DNA of 64,000 bases, from NCBI GenBank assembly GCA_001830425.1, contig MIAA01000016.1:236015-300014 (forward strand). Reading direction: 5' to 3'. Below the pieces are notes generated by a model. That model did not search any database. It worked only from the letters and a program-made list of their open reading frames with translations, and was not told the DNA's origin. Below are positions 40,055 through 49,346 of this stretch, in pieces. The DNA comes from Rhodospirillales bacterium RIFCSPLOWO2_02_FULL_58_16 (GTDB lineage Bacteria; Pseudomonadota; Alphaproteobacteria; Rhodospirillales; 2-02-FULL-58-16). Within the stretch, counting starts at the first letter, position 1. Every line of letters starts with the position of its first letter. A program made the translations under genes and the position numbers.

Positions 40055-41212
40055 TTGGCGATTAATCTGGAAAGTATCGTGTCGGAAACAACACAAAATT
40101 CCTCCTCGGAGCAGATCCGGGTCATGGTCGTGGACGACTCTGCGGTTATTCGCGGACTGATAACCAAAATGCTTGAGGATGATCCGGCTATTACCGTCGC
40201 CGTTTCCGCAGGCAACGGCGAGGTAGCGGTAAGCAACCTTGCCCGTCATGACATTGATGTCATTATCCTCGATATTGAAATGCCGGTGATGGACGGCCTG
40301 ACGGCGTTGCCCAAGCTTCTTGAGGTAGACCCGAACGTCAAGATTATCATGGCTTCCACGCTGACTGCGCGCAACGCCGATATAAGCCTGCGCGCGCTCG
40401 AAGCCGGGGCCGCCGATTATGTGCCTAAACCGACTTCCGCACGCGAAATCGGCATGGGCGGAGAATTCCGCAGGGAGCTTCAGGAAAAGGTCAAGGCGCT
40501 GGGACTCGCCCGAAGGCGCGCCCGCATTTTACGGGGAGCGTCCGAACGGCCCAAGGGGGCTGCTTCCGCGCCGATCAAGGCGGCCATAGGACCGATCGGC
40601 CCCGTTTCCTTGCGCAAGCCGGGAACGGAAAAACCGGACGTTCTGACTATCGGCAGTTCGACGGGCGGCCCGCAAGCCCTGTTCACCTTTCTCGGCAAAC
40701 TCGGGAAAGATATCAAGCTGCCGATCCTTATCACCCAGCACATGCCGGCGACCTTTACCGCTATTCTGGCCGATCATATCAACCGTCTGACCGGTTGGCC
40801 GTGCAGCGAGGCCAAAGACGGCGACGTAATCACCTCCGGACATATTCATCTGGCTCCCGGCGGCTATCATATGTTGGTGACGACCAAAGGCGCTCAGCGG
40901 GTGTTGAGCATTAACGACGGCCCGCCGGAAAATTTTTGCAAGCCCGCCGTTGATCCTATGTTTCGAAGCATTGCCAAAACCTTCGGCGCCCGCGTGATGG
41001 CGGTAGTTCTGACCGGCATGGGGTCCGACGGGGCCAAGGGCGGGACGGAGATTGCCGATGCCGGCGGCACCCTTATCGCCCAGGATGAAAAAACCAGCGT
41101 CGTTTGGGGCATGCCCGGAGCGGCGGCGGCGGCCGGAATATGCAGCGCCGTGCTCCCGCTTGAAGAGCTTGCGTCCTATGTTGCAAAACATGTCGGCAGG
41201 GGTCACTCATGA
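40055..41212 (+). CDS. cheB: protein-glutamate methylesterase/glutaminase CheB
   Basis: Receiver domain plus a methylesterase domain (GSSTGGPQAL, ...HM.). TTG start as listed in the ORF track. Confidence 0.94.
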   Translation: MAINLESIVSETTQNSSSEQIRVMVVDDSAVIRGLITKMLEDDPAITVAVSAGNGEVAVSNLARHDIDVIILDIEMPVMDGLTALPKLLEVDPNVKIIMASTLTARNADISLRALEAGAADYVPKPTSAREIGMGGEFRRELQEKVKALGLARRRARILRGASERPKGAASAPIKAAIGPIGPVSLRKPGTEKPDVLTIGSSTGGPQALFTFLGKLGKDIKLPILITQHMPATFTAILADHINRLTGWPCSEAKDGDVITSGHIHLAPGGYHMLVTTKGAQRVLSINDGPPENFCKPAVDPMFRSIAKTFGARVMAVVLTGMGSDGAKGGTEIADAGGTLIAQDEKTSVVWGMPGAAAAAGICSAVLPLEELASYVAKHVGRGHS

Positions 41213-42033
41213 AACCTGAAGACTTTTCCTTTATCAGCAAGCTCATCAAGGAACGATCCGGGTTGGTCCTGACCGAAGACAAGGCCTATCTGCTTGAGAG
41301 CAGGCTGATGCCGGTGGCCCGCAAGCGCGGCATGAAAAGTTTGGATGAATTGATTCCCGTCATGCGGGCCAGCCCGGAAGAGGCTCTTATCCAGGAAGTC
41401 ACGGAGGCGATGACCACCAATGAGTCATTCTTCTTCAGGGACATCAAGCCGTTTGACATATTCCGCGAATCGATCCTGCCCAACCTTATAAAAACCCGCG
41501 CCGATAAAAAGTCGTTTCGTATCTGGTGCGCCGCCGCCTCCAGCGGTCAGGAGCCTTATTCTCTGGGTATTATCCTCAGGGAAGAAGCCGCCAAACTGGT
41601 CGGATGGCGCACCGAAATCATCGGCACCGACATCTCAAAGGATATTCTCAAAAAAGCGAAGGCCGGTCTTTATTCGCAATTTGAAGTGCAAAGAGGACTG
41701 CCTATCCAGTTTCTGCTGAAATATTTTATCAAGCAGGCCGACATGTGGCAGATCCATCCGTCATTGATCGCCATGGTTCAATTCAGGGAATACAACCTGC
41801 TGAACAGCCTTCAGGCATTGGGTAAGTTCGATGTGGTGTTTTGCCGCAATGTGCTGATTTATTTTGATCAGCCGACCAAGACCAAGGTTCTTGACCAGAT
41901 CAGCAGTTTGTTGCCCGAAGACGGCATGCTTTTTATGGGCGGCGCAGAAACGGTTTTGGGCATTTCAGATAAGTTCAAGCCGGTTCCCGGACAACGGGGC
42001 CTTTATTGCCTCACTCAGAATAAAAATATCTGA
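41209..42033 (+). CDS. cheR: chemotaxis protein methyltransferase CheR
   Basis: 'T.NES.FFRD', 'R.W.AA.SSGQEPYS' and 'D..FCRNVLIYF'. ATGA overlap with cheB. Confidence 0.95.
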   Translation: MKPEDFSFISKLIKERSGLVLTEDKAYLLESRLMPVARKRGMKSLDELIPVMRASPEEALIQEVTEAMTTNESFFFRDIKPFDIFRESILPNLIKTRADKKSFRIWCAAASSGQEPYSLGIILREEAAKLVGWRTEIIGTDISKDILKKAKAGLYSQFEVQRGLPIQFLLKYFIKQADMWQIHPSLIAMVQFREYNLLNSLQALGKFDVVFCRNVLIYFDQPTKTKVLDQISSLLPEDGMLFMGGAETVLGISDKFKPVPGQRGLYCLTQNKNI

Positions 42034-42051
42034 AAAATCCGGAGATATTGA

Positions 42052-42990
42052 TTATTTTTTTACCATCGCCAATGGATGTGATTGCTTGACCAGACGGGTC
42101 AGACGGCCCTCCAGGACATGAGTATATATTTGGGTGGTTGATATATCCGAGTGTCCCAGCATCTGTTGAATCGAGCGCAGGTCGGCCCCGTGCGCCAGCA
42201 GGTGGCTGGCAAATGAGTGCCGCAAGACATGAGGCGAAACGCGCGTGGGGTCAATTCCGGCATCCGCCGCAGTCTCTTTGAGCATCTGGGCGAAGCGGGC
42301 GCGCGTCAGATGGCCGCTTTTGGAGCTTGAAGGAAACATCCAGGGCGAATGCCCGCCGGTCTTTTGTTTGCCGGAAATGAAATTTTCCCGCATCAGCTTA
42401 TAATCGTTAAGCGCCGATGACGCCTCCTCGCCCAGCGGGATCATGCGTTCCTTGCCGCCCTTGCCTTTAACGATCAGCATCAAGCCGTCGCGGGAGAGGG
42501 CCGACAACGGCAGCCCCACCAATTCTGAAACCCTGAGGCCGGTGGCGTAGAGCGTTTCGATCAGCGCTATCCGCCTCAGCCCCTCGGCGCCTTGCCGCAG
42601 CCGAGTCGTTGACAGCAGTTGTTCCACATCTTCCTCGCTTAACAGTTTCGGCAAAGACCGCCCCGATCCGGGGCCGTCGATGACGGCGCAGGGGTTGTCT
42701 GCGCGCAGCCCTTCCGCATAAAGGAAGTTATAGAATTGGCGCAGGGCGGACAGACGCCGGGCGGCGGTGCCGGGGGTCATGCCGGCGACGGATAAATATT
42801 TGAGGTAGGACTTGATAATCTCCGAGCTTGCATTTTCAAGGGTGCCTCCCTGTTTTTTGGAGGTTATAAACTCGGAAAAACTCACCAGATCATGTCGATA
42901 GGACAAAATGGTGTTGGCGGATGCGCCGCGTTCCGCCACAAGCATTTCCAGAAAGCTTTCTACGCGAAGCGGCGTAAGGCGCTCGACCAT
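42052..42990 (-). CDS. xerD: site-specific tyrosine recombinase XerD
   Basis: 312 aa, with 'HVLRHSFASHLL..GADLR.IQ..LGH.DISTTQIYTHV' and the XerD-type N-terminal SAM-like domain. Confidence 0.92.
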   Translation of the reverse strand: MVERLTPLRVESFLEMLVAERGASANTILSYRHDLVSFSEFITSKKQGGTLENASSEIIKSYLKYLSVAGMTPGTAARRLSALRQFYNFLYAEGLRADNPCAVIDGPGSGRSLPKLLSEEDVEQLLSTTRLRQGAEGLRRIALIETLYATGLRVSELVGLPLSALSRDGLMLIVKGKGGKERMIPLGEEASSALNDYKLMRENFISGKQKTGGHSPWMFPSSSKSGHLTRARFAQMLKETAADAGIDPTRVSPHVLRHSFASHLLAHGADLRSIQQMLGHSDISTTQIYTHVLEGRLTRLVKQSHPLAMVKK

Positions 42991-42991
42991 T

Positions 42992-44851
42992 TTAAAGGTC
43001 TGCGGCCAACGCCGCTTCCACGGCCAGCATGCGGGCTTCGGACTTCAGGCCGGAGGCGTAAAGGCCGGCCAATGCTTGTCTTAGAATTATCGGATCGGTT
43101 TTATCCAGCCCGTCCTTACCCAGCGCCAGCAGTGAAATAAGCACCGTTTCGCCCGGACGTTCGCCTGCGGCGCCGTGGGCCGTTTTTTCCAGGCGATGCC
43201 GAAGGGCCGGAAGAGGCGCGGTCACCGTTATGCGTTCACGGCCGTTAATTAATTTGTCCCATATTTTATCGGGAACAGGCTCGCCAAGGGCTTCAAACAG
43301 GCTGTAAAGAAGGGTTGCGCGCTCTCGCGCCCCGTCATTTTCCTTCTCGGTTTCCCACCAGTCGGCCAGATTATCGGTAGTCCAGTCCCCGGCTTCGACG
43401 GAGCCGGCAAGACGGGCAATCGGCATAAGGGCCTTAAGCGCGGCTTTGGAATCATCGTTCAGCACGGCGCCGGAGCGCAGCAGGGAGAACCATGCCCCGG
43501 CGGCCTCATGTTCGCCTCCCGCCAGCAGCGAACGCGCCGCCTCGGGGGCAAACCACGCCAGGTCGGGGGACGGCGGGACGCGCAGGAGCGCCGGCATGAA
43601 CACTCTTGCCGTGGATTTGTAGCGGCCGTCTTGCCGGGCCAGAGACAAGGCGCGCGCCAATAATTCGGCCTGCGCCGCCGGCGCCGTTTGCGTCAAAGAC
43701 GCACGGTAAAGCAGCGCGCGGCTCATCGGGCTGCTTTCGGCTTCCGCCTTGGAAAGCGGGTTGGCCATCTCTTTATCGGAGAACGAAATGTCAGTATAAA
43801 GTTGACGCAGGGTATCGACGTGCAGAGCGCCGGTCGCTTCGGCTTTTTCCGCAGCATTCAGACGCAGATCAACTGACGAGCTTGGGTTGACGGCGACAGC
43901 GCTTAATATCCCCGGAAGATTCGAAGACATCACATCCATCGGCAGGGACGCCTTGGCGGCGCGCGCCATTGCCAAATGCATCGGCGACGGATCGGGCAGG
44001 CGTTCAACGGCGACAACCTCGCCGTTAATCAGCGCGCCGGCAAGTTGCAGAAAAACCGCATCCTTTTCGCCTAACTCGCGCAGAATAGAGATGCCGAGGG
44101 ATGCTTTCTCCTTCTCTCCCGCCAACGCCTGACAAAAGATAAATGCTTTTTGCCAGTAGTCGTTCGCCCCGGCGGTGATTTGATCGACGGCTAATGCGCA
44201 GGCGCGGGCGTTGTCGTTGGACAGGAACCGGACATCGGCTTCAATGCGCACCAGTTCATTATTCCGGGCGTGGTCCGGGGTGGCGCCGATGAGCCGGTCG
44301 GCGCCGTTAAGATCACCCATATCCACAAGCAGTCTGGCCCTTATCGCCATCAGACCGCCTCCTTGGGCGGCGGCGGCGTCACCCTGCGGCGGCGTGGCCG
44401 AGGACAACAACAGGCGACGCATCAGTTCCCGCATCGTTATGGAATTGGCGGCCACGGGTAATTGCGGAAGCAGGGCGAAGACCATTTCGCGACCGGCGCC
44501 GGCCCACATATCGACCCCGAATCCGCCCTTTCCTTCACTCAGCACGCCTGTTGCGTCGGGGTCGATTGTTTGAAGCGAATCCACTTCAATCAGATTGCTC
44601 GGCGCGGCGGGCGAGGAGGCTTTCGACGATCCGGGGGCCGGAGCCTCCTGTTTGGCGGCGGGAGACGGCTTTTGAGGCGCCGGCGACAGCGGTGGGGCCT
44701 TCGGCGGCGCCAGACGCACGGGAGCGCTTGAAGAAGGGGAGTCTTGAGCCATGCCCAGTCCGGGAAATCCCGCCCCGGCGATAAGGACGGCAAAACCCGA
44801 TGCGAAAATCGCTGACCTGAACTGGAGGGCGTTACTTGGGGAAGCGATCAT
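42992..44851 (-). CDS. conserved hypothetical exported protein with a Pro/Ala/Ser-rich N-terminal region
   Basis: 619 aa with a signal-like N-terminus, a low-complexity PAPS stretch, then an Ala/Leu-rich helical body. Its stop is 1 nt upstream of the xerD start. Confidence 0.7.
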   Translation of the reverse strand: MIASPSNALQFRSAIFASGFAVLIAGAGFPGLGMAQDSPSSSAPVRLAPPKAPPLSPAPQKPSPAAKQEAPAPGSSKASSPAAPSNLIEVDSLQTIDPDATGVLSEGKGGFGVDMWAGAGREMVFALLPQLPVAANSITMRELMRRLLLSSATPPQGDAAAAQGGGLMAIRARLLVDMGDLNGADRLIGATPDHARNNELVRIEADVRFLSNDNARACALAVDQITAGANDYWQKAFIFCQALAGEKEKASLGISILRELGEKDAVFLQLAGALINGEVVAVERLPDPSPMHLAMARAAKASLPMDVMSSNLPGILSAVAVNPSSSVDLRLNAAEKAEATGALHVDTLRQLYTDISFSDKEMANPLSKAEAESSPMSRALLYRASLTQTAPAAQAELLARALSLARQDGRYKSTARVFMPALLRVPPSPDLAWFAPEAARSLLAGGEHEAAGAWFSLLRSGAVLNDDSKAALKALMPIARLAGSVEAGDWTTDNLADWWETEKENDGARERATLLYSLFEALGEPVPDKIWDKLINGRERITVTAPLPALRHRLEKTAHGAAGERPGETVLISLLALGKDGLDKTDPIILRQALAGLYASGLKSEARMLAVEAALAADL

Positions 44852-44972
44852 CGGGTATAACTTTCTCCACCTTGGCTGACGGCGGGGGAATATCCCAGGT
44901 GACGAGGAAAACTGCGCCGCCGATAAGCATGACGAGAACAGTGAATAAAACGATTCTTGGAAAATTTCTCAT
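44832..44972 (-). CDS. candidate 46-aa single-pass membrane protein (below the ORF-track size cut-off)
   Basis: My own translation is MRNFPRIVLFTVLVMLIGGAVFLVTWDIPPPSAKVEKVIPDDRFPK*. The stop lies 20 nt inside the downstream 619-aa gene. A weak AAGGT lies upstream. Confidence 0.45.
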   Translation of the reverse strand: MRNFPRIVLFTVLVMLIGGAVFLVTWDIPPPSAKVEKVIPDDRFPK

Positions 44973-45144
44973 AGAATACCTTGAAAGCGGTTATTTATAG
45001 CGGAATCATATTATCTTTACGGTAAGTTTCGACTATGGCGAATTTTCGGCAGTGTATAGGCTCGCATAAATGCTTTCAACGTCCCGGCGTCAAGGGCGGC
45101 GGTTTGTTTTATGCTTTGCCTTGTGAATCGTTGCGGGGAGAGGG

Positions 45145-45711
45145 ATGCCTGTGGTGATTTGTCTTCCTCCTGACAAGTCTATCGTCCTGATCGGTCTGAT
45201 GGGGGCCGGCAAGACAAGCGTCGGACGCCGGCTCGGCATGCAGCTCGGCCTGCCGTTCATTGATGTCGATGAGGAAGTGGTTATAGCCGCCGGATGCTCT
45301 ATTGATGACATTTTTGAACTCTACGGCGAAGCGTCATTCCGTGAGGTGGAGAAAAAAGTAATCTCCAGATTGTTGAGTAACGGCCGGCAAGTGCTGGCCA
45401 CCGGCGGCGGCGCCTTCATGGCCCCTGAAACCCGCGCCATGATCAGGGACAAGGGCATTTCGGTCTGGCTGAGGGCCGACATCGAGACTCTGTTCAAACG
45501 CACCCGGCGCCGGGGGGGACGGCCTCTTCTTGAAACCGATGATCCCTACGCGACTTTGGAAAAATTGATAAGCATCCGCTATCCGGTTTACGCCGAGTCA
45601 GACATCGTTATCGACAGTAATGATGAAACGCCGACGACGACCACCAAGCGCGTTGCCGAAGCCGTAGACGCCTTTATCAAACGCAAAGTCGGCCCCCGGG
45701 AGAACCCATGA
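45145..45711 (+). CDS. aroK: shikimate kinase
   Basis: P-loop 'LIGLMGAGKTSVGR.L' plus 'FRE.E'. Confidence 0.93.
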   Translation: MPVVICLPPDKSIVLIGLMGAGKTSVGRRLGMQLGLPFIDVDEEVVIAAGCSIDDIFELYGEASFREVEKKVISRLLSNGRQVLATGGGAFMAPETRAMIRDKGISVWLRADIETLFKRTRRRGGRPLLETDDPYATLEKLISIRYPVYAESDIVIDSNDETPTTTTKRVAEAVDAFIKRKVGPRENP

Positions 45712-46859
45712 CCGGCCGCGATGACATAAAACGGCCGGCTGTTGACAGCCTGAGGGTAGAGCTGGGGCCTCGCAGCTATGATATTATCATCGGGGAGCGT
45801 CTGCTGGCCGACGCCGGTCGTTACATGTCCTCGCTGAAGGACGTGGTTGTAGTCACCGATTCGACCGTCGCCGGGCATTATCTGGCGGCGGTGGAAGAGT
45901 CCCTGGGCGACGCCCGCATCCGCCGTTCCAGCATCGTTCTTGAGGCCGGCGAGAGGACCAAGGACTTTGACCATCTGCGGGAATTGACGGACGGATTGCT
46001 GGACAGAGGCGTGGAGCGGACCACTACCCTGATTGCGCTGGGCGGCGGCGTGATCGGCGATATTACCGGCTTTGCCGCCGCCATCACCTTGCGCGGACTT
46101 CCCTTTATCCAGATTCCGACCACCTTGCTGGCTCAGGTTGACAGCTCGGTGGGCGGCAAGACCGGCATCAATTGTCGTCACGGCAAGAATCTGATCGGCG
46201 CCTTTCACCAGCCGGCGCTGGTGCTGGCCGACATCAAAACGCTGGACACCCTGACGCCGCGTGATCTGCTTGCCGGATATGCCGAGGTGGTAAAATATGG
46301 CTTGATCAACGACGCCGATTTTTTTTCATGGCTGGAAAATAACGCCGCCGGCATGCTTGAAGGCGACAGCGCGGCCAGACGTCACGCCGTTCTGACAAGT
46401 TGCGCCGCCAAGGCCGCTATTGTCGCCGAGGACGAGAGGGAAGCGGATCGCCGCGCCCTGCTCAACCTGGGGCACACCTTCGGTCATGCCCTGGAGGCCG
46501 AGACCGGCTATTCCGGCGCGTTGCTTCACGGCGAGGCGGTGGCTGTCGGCATTTGTCTGGCCTTTAGTTTATCGGAGCGCATGGGCCTGTGCCGGCCTGC
46601 GGATGCCGAGCGCGTACGCAGGCATCTTGACGCCGTAGGCCTGCCGACCGGCCTCGGCGACATCGCCGCTCCGTCGTGGACAGCCGACGGCCTGATCGCC
46701 CACATGGCGCGGGACAAGAAGGTCAGGGACGGCAAGCTTACCCTCATTCTGGCTCACGGCATCGGCCGATCTTTTATTACCGGCGAAGCGACGCACAATG
46801 ATATTCACGCCCTGCTGAAGGACGCTCTTATTAAACCTCGCCCCATCAACATCATTTAG
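45708..46859 (+). CDS. aroB: 3-dehydroquinate synthase
   Basis: 'LGGGV.GD..GFAA....RG..F.Q.PTTLLA.VDSSVGGKT' motif. ATGA overlap with aroK. Confidence 0.96.
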   Translation: MTGRDDIKRPAVDSLRVELGPRSYDIIIGERLLADAGRYMSSLKDVVVVTDSTVAGHYLAAVEESLGDARIRRSSIVLEAGERTKDFDHLRELTDGLLDRGVERTTTLIALGGGVIGDITGFAAAITLRGLPFIQIPTTLLAQVDSSVGGKTGINCRHGKNLIGAFHQPALVLADIKTLDTLTPRDLLAGYAEVVKYGLINDADFFSWLENNAAGMLEGDSAARRHAVLTSCAAKAAIVAEDEREADRRALLNLGHTFGHALEAETGYSGALLHGEAVAVGICLAFSLSERMGLCRPADAERVRRHLDAVGLPTGLGDIAAPSWTADGLIAHMARDKKVRDGKLTLILAHGIGRSFITGEATHNDIHALLKDALIKPRPINII

Positions 46860-46869
46860 GGTCCAAACT

Positions 46870-48165
46870 ATGATGGTTTCCATGATCGCCATCGCCGTTT
46901 TACTGTTGTTTTCCGCCTTTTTCTCCTGCTCCGAAACGGCGCTGACCGCCGCCTCGCGGCCGTTGATGTACCAACTGGAAAAGAAAGGCAGCGCCCGCGC
47001 CGCCGTCGTCAACCGTCTGCGCGAGAAAAAAGAACTGCTGATCGGCACTATTCTTCTCGGCAACAATCTGGTGAACATTCTGGCGTCGGCCATGGCCACC
47101 AGCATTTTTATCTCACTCTACGGCGAAGCCGGCGTTGTCTACGCCACCATCTCGATGACGCTGCTGGTGCTGATCTTCGGCGAGATCATGCCCAAGGTCT
47201 ACGCCTTCAATAAAGCCAATCGCGTGGCGCTGGTCGTCGCGCCGTTAATAAGTGGTCTGGCGCTGATGTTGGCGCCGGCGACCAGAACGGTGAATCTGGT
47301 GGTGCGCGTTATTATGAAGATCGCAGGGGTCGATATCAGGGATGACCATGGGCTGGCCGCCACCGAGGAGGAATTGCGCGGCGCCATTGAACTGCACGGC
47401 GGCAAGGAACATTCGGTCGGGCATAAGCGCGACATGTTGCACAGCGTCCTCGATCTGGACAACGTACAGGTGGGCGAGATCATGGTGCATCGCAAGAACA
47501 TGGTGACGATCAACGCCGATCAGCCTGTTCAGGCGATAGTCGATGAAATGCTGTCGAGTCCTTTTACCCGCATCCCGCTGTGGCGCGGACAACCCGATAA
47601 TATCGTCGGCGTCCTGCACGCCAAGGCGCTGCTGAAAGCGGTGCGGGAACGCGGCGAGAAGCGATCTCCGCTGGACATCATGGCTCTGGCGACCAAGCCG
47701 TGGTTTATCCCTGAGTCAACTACCCTGCTGAATCAGCTTAACGCTTTTCGCCGCCGCCGCCAGCACTTCGCCTTGATGGTTAACGAGTACGGAAGCCTGA
47801 TGGGCATCGTTACCCTTGATGACATTCTTGAGGAAATCGTCGGTGAAATCTCCGACGAACACGATATCGCCGCTACCGGCATTCGTCCTCAGTCCGACGG
47901 CAGTTACATCGTTGACGGCGTTGTCACCATCCGCGACCTTAACCGCCAGTTTTCGTGGAGCCTCCCTGATGAGGAGACGGCCACCATCGCCGGATTGATT
48001 ATTCATGAATCGCGCCGCATCCCCGAGAGCGGACAGGCTTTTATGTTCCATGACTTCCGCTTCGAGATACTGAATCGCGTCCGTCATCAGATAACCTCGG
48101 TGCGCATAACTCCTCCCCGGCGAAAAACAGAAAAAAAGTTGGAAAAGGAAGCGCCTGCCCCATAA
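46870..48165 (+). CDS. HlyC/CorC-family transporter (CNNM/DUF21 TM domain + CBS pair + CorC_HlyC)
   Basis: The N-terminal DUF21-type membrane region, a CBS pair and the C-terminal transporter-associated domain are all recognisable. Confidence 0.9.
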   Translation: MMVSMIAIAVLLLFSAFFSCSETALTAASRPLMYQLEKKGSARAAVVNRLREKKELLIGTILLGNNLVNILASAMATSIFISLYGEAGVVYATISMTLLVLIFGEIMPKVYAFNKANRVALVVAPLISGLALMLAPATRTVNLVVRVIMKIAGVDIRDDHGLAATEEELRGAIELHGGKEHSVGHKRDMLHSVLDLDNVQVGEIMVHRKNMVTINADQPVQAIVDEMLSSPFTRIPLWRGQPDNIVGVLHAKALLKAVRERGEKRSPLDIMALATKPWFIPESTTLLNQLNAFRRRRQHFALMVNEYGSLMGIVTLDDILEEIVGEISDEHDIAATGIRPQSDGSYIVDGVVTIRDLNRQFSWSLPDEETATIAGLIIHESRRIPESGQAFMFHDFRFEILNRVRHQITSVRITPPRRKTEKKLEKEAPAP

Positions 48166-48234
48166 AAGTAATGATACGCCGCGAGGCATTTGGTGGTAAA
48201 CTATGCTTGTTGCTTTGAGAAGGATGCGCAGTTC

Positions 48235-48675
48235 ATGTATGTGAAAGATATTTTGAAAGCAAAAGGCTCCAACGTCATTGCCGTTGACCTTTTGATGACC
48301 GCTCAATCCGTGGCGAAGATTTTTTCCAACGAGAAAATCGGCTTTGCCATCGTCCGCGATAAAAGCGGCAAAATCGTCGGCACCGTGACCGAGCGGGATA
48401 TCGTTCACAACATAGCGGCGAAAGACGCCGGATCGATGTCAACGCCGGTCAAGGATTTTATGACCAAAAAGATCGTCACTTGCGCTCCCGACGACTCTCT
48501 GCCCAGGGTGATGAGTTTGATGACCGTGCGGCGCACCCGCCATGTTTTGGTTATGAACGGCGATGAGGTCGCCGGAGTAGTCAGCATCGGCGACGCGGTC
48601 AAGGTTCGTCTGGAGGAATCCATGCTGGATGAGGCGTCGCTGCGCGACTATGTTTCGGGCATGGGCTATAACTGA
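48235..48675 (+). CDS. CBS-domain pair protein
   Basis: 146 aa with two CBS repeats (V.DIL......V..V.........; G.VS.GD.V). I chose the ATG at 48235. Confidence 0.85.
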   Translation: MYVKDILKAKGSNVIAVDLLMTAQSVAKIFSNEKIGFAIVRDKSGKIVGTVTERDIVHNIAAKDAGSMSTPVKDFMTKKIVTCAPDDSLPRVMSLMTVRRTRHVLVMNGDEVAGVVSIGDAVKVRLEESMLDEASLRDYVSGMGYN

Positions 48676-48688
48676 ACGTATCAGAGCG

Positions 48689-49228
48689 CTATCCGAACAG
48701 CTTGTCGATATCGCTCTGCGAAACCCCTTCGTTGTTCAATTGCGGGCCGGTCATGACGACGTCGCCGTCCGATCCGTCATTGATTTTCTTTTCATCCAGC
48801 GGCAGCGCCGCCAGTCCGCCTTCGCCGAGGATAACGACCAGGGAATTCAAGGTGCCCTCGATCAGGTTCATCTCCTTGACGATCTTGGCGATGCGCTGGC
48901 CGGTAATGTCCTGGAACGAACAGGCCTCGAAAATAAGACTGATCTTGCCGGCCATCTTGTCGAAGTAATAGGCGGCGCCGGCATATTTAATTTGTTCACG
49001 CAATTCCAGGATTACGTCGTTGATGCCTTCGGTGGATTCCATGATCGTTTCGGTGGCGTCTTCGGTCGCTTTGGCGATGGCGGTCAACTGATCGGCGACC
49101 GTGCCGAAATGATCGATGTTCAAGTTGGGGTGCTTGATCGACGCCACCTCTTTTTTGATCTTTTGCAGATGCTCGAAAAGGTGAACGACCTCCTTTTTCA
49201 GGATATCGTACTGATTGTTTACGCTCAT
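48689..49228 (-). CDS. cheZ: CheZ-like CheY-P phosphatase
   Basis: 'CSFQDITGQRIAKIV' matches the CheZ active-site motif (FQD.TGQ.I.K). The C-terminal 'SQSDIDKLFG' resembles the CheY-binding peptide. Confidence 0.78.
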   Translation of the reverse strand: MSVNNQYDILKKEVVHLFEHLQKIKKEVASIKHPNLNIDHFGTVADQLTAIAKATEDATETIMESTEGINDVILELREQIKYAGAAYYFDKMAGKISLIFEACSFQDITGQRIAKIVKEMNLIEGTLNSLVVILGEGGLAALPLDEKKINDGSDGDVVMTGPQLNNEGVSQSDIDKLFG

Positions 49229-49346
49229 TTTGTGGTCCCCACCCGCCGATTTTACTGATTACTATCCTACCCGGCCTTCGTTCCATTGGCAAAACTATAA
49301 GCGCCTCTTTATGATGTAATTTAAATTGAAGCGTGGAGTAATCGTT

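Noticed and set aside
42052-42990. Tyrosine recombinase as a marker of an integrated element
   Set aside because: The sequence and length fit housekeeping XerD. The flanking genes are core (cheR, aroK/aroB). I saw no att-like repeats or phage/ICE genes.
49229-49346. Possible SAM-II/SAM-alpha riboswitch upstream of metZ
   Set aside because: This is an expected location in alphaproteobacteria. However, I could not find the conserved AAAGCU-containing pseudoknot core by eye. A covariance-model scan (Rfam SAM-II, SAM-V, SAM/SAH) would settle it.
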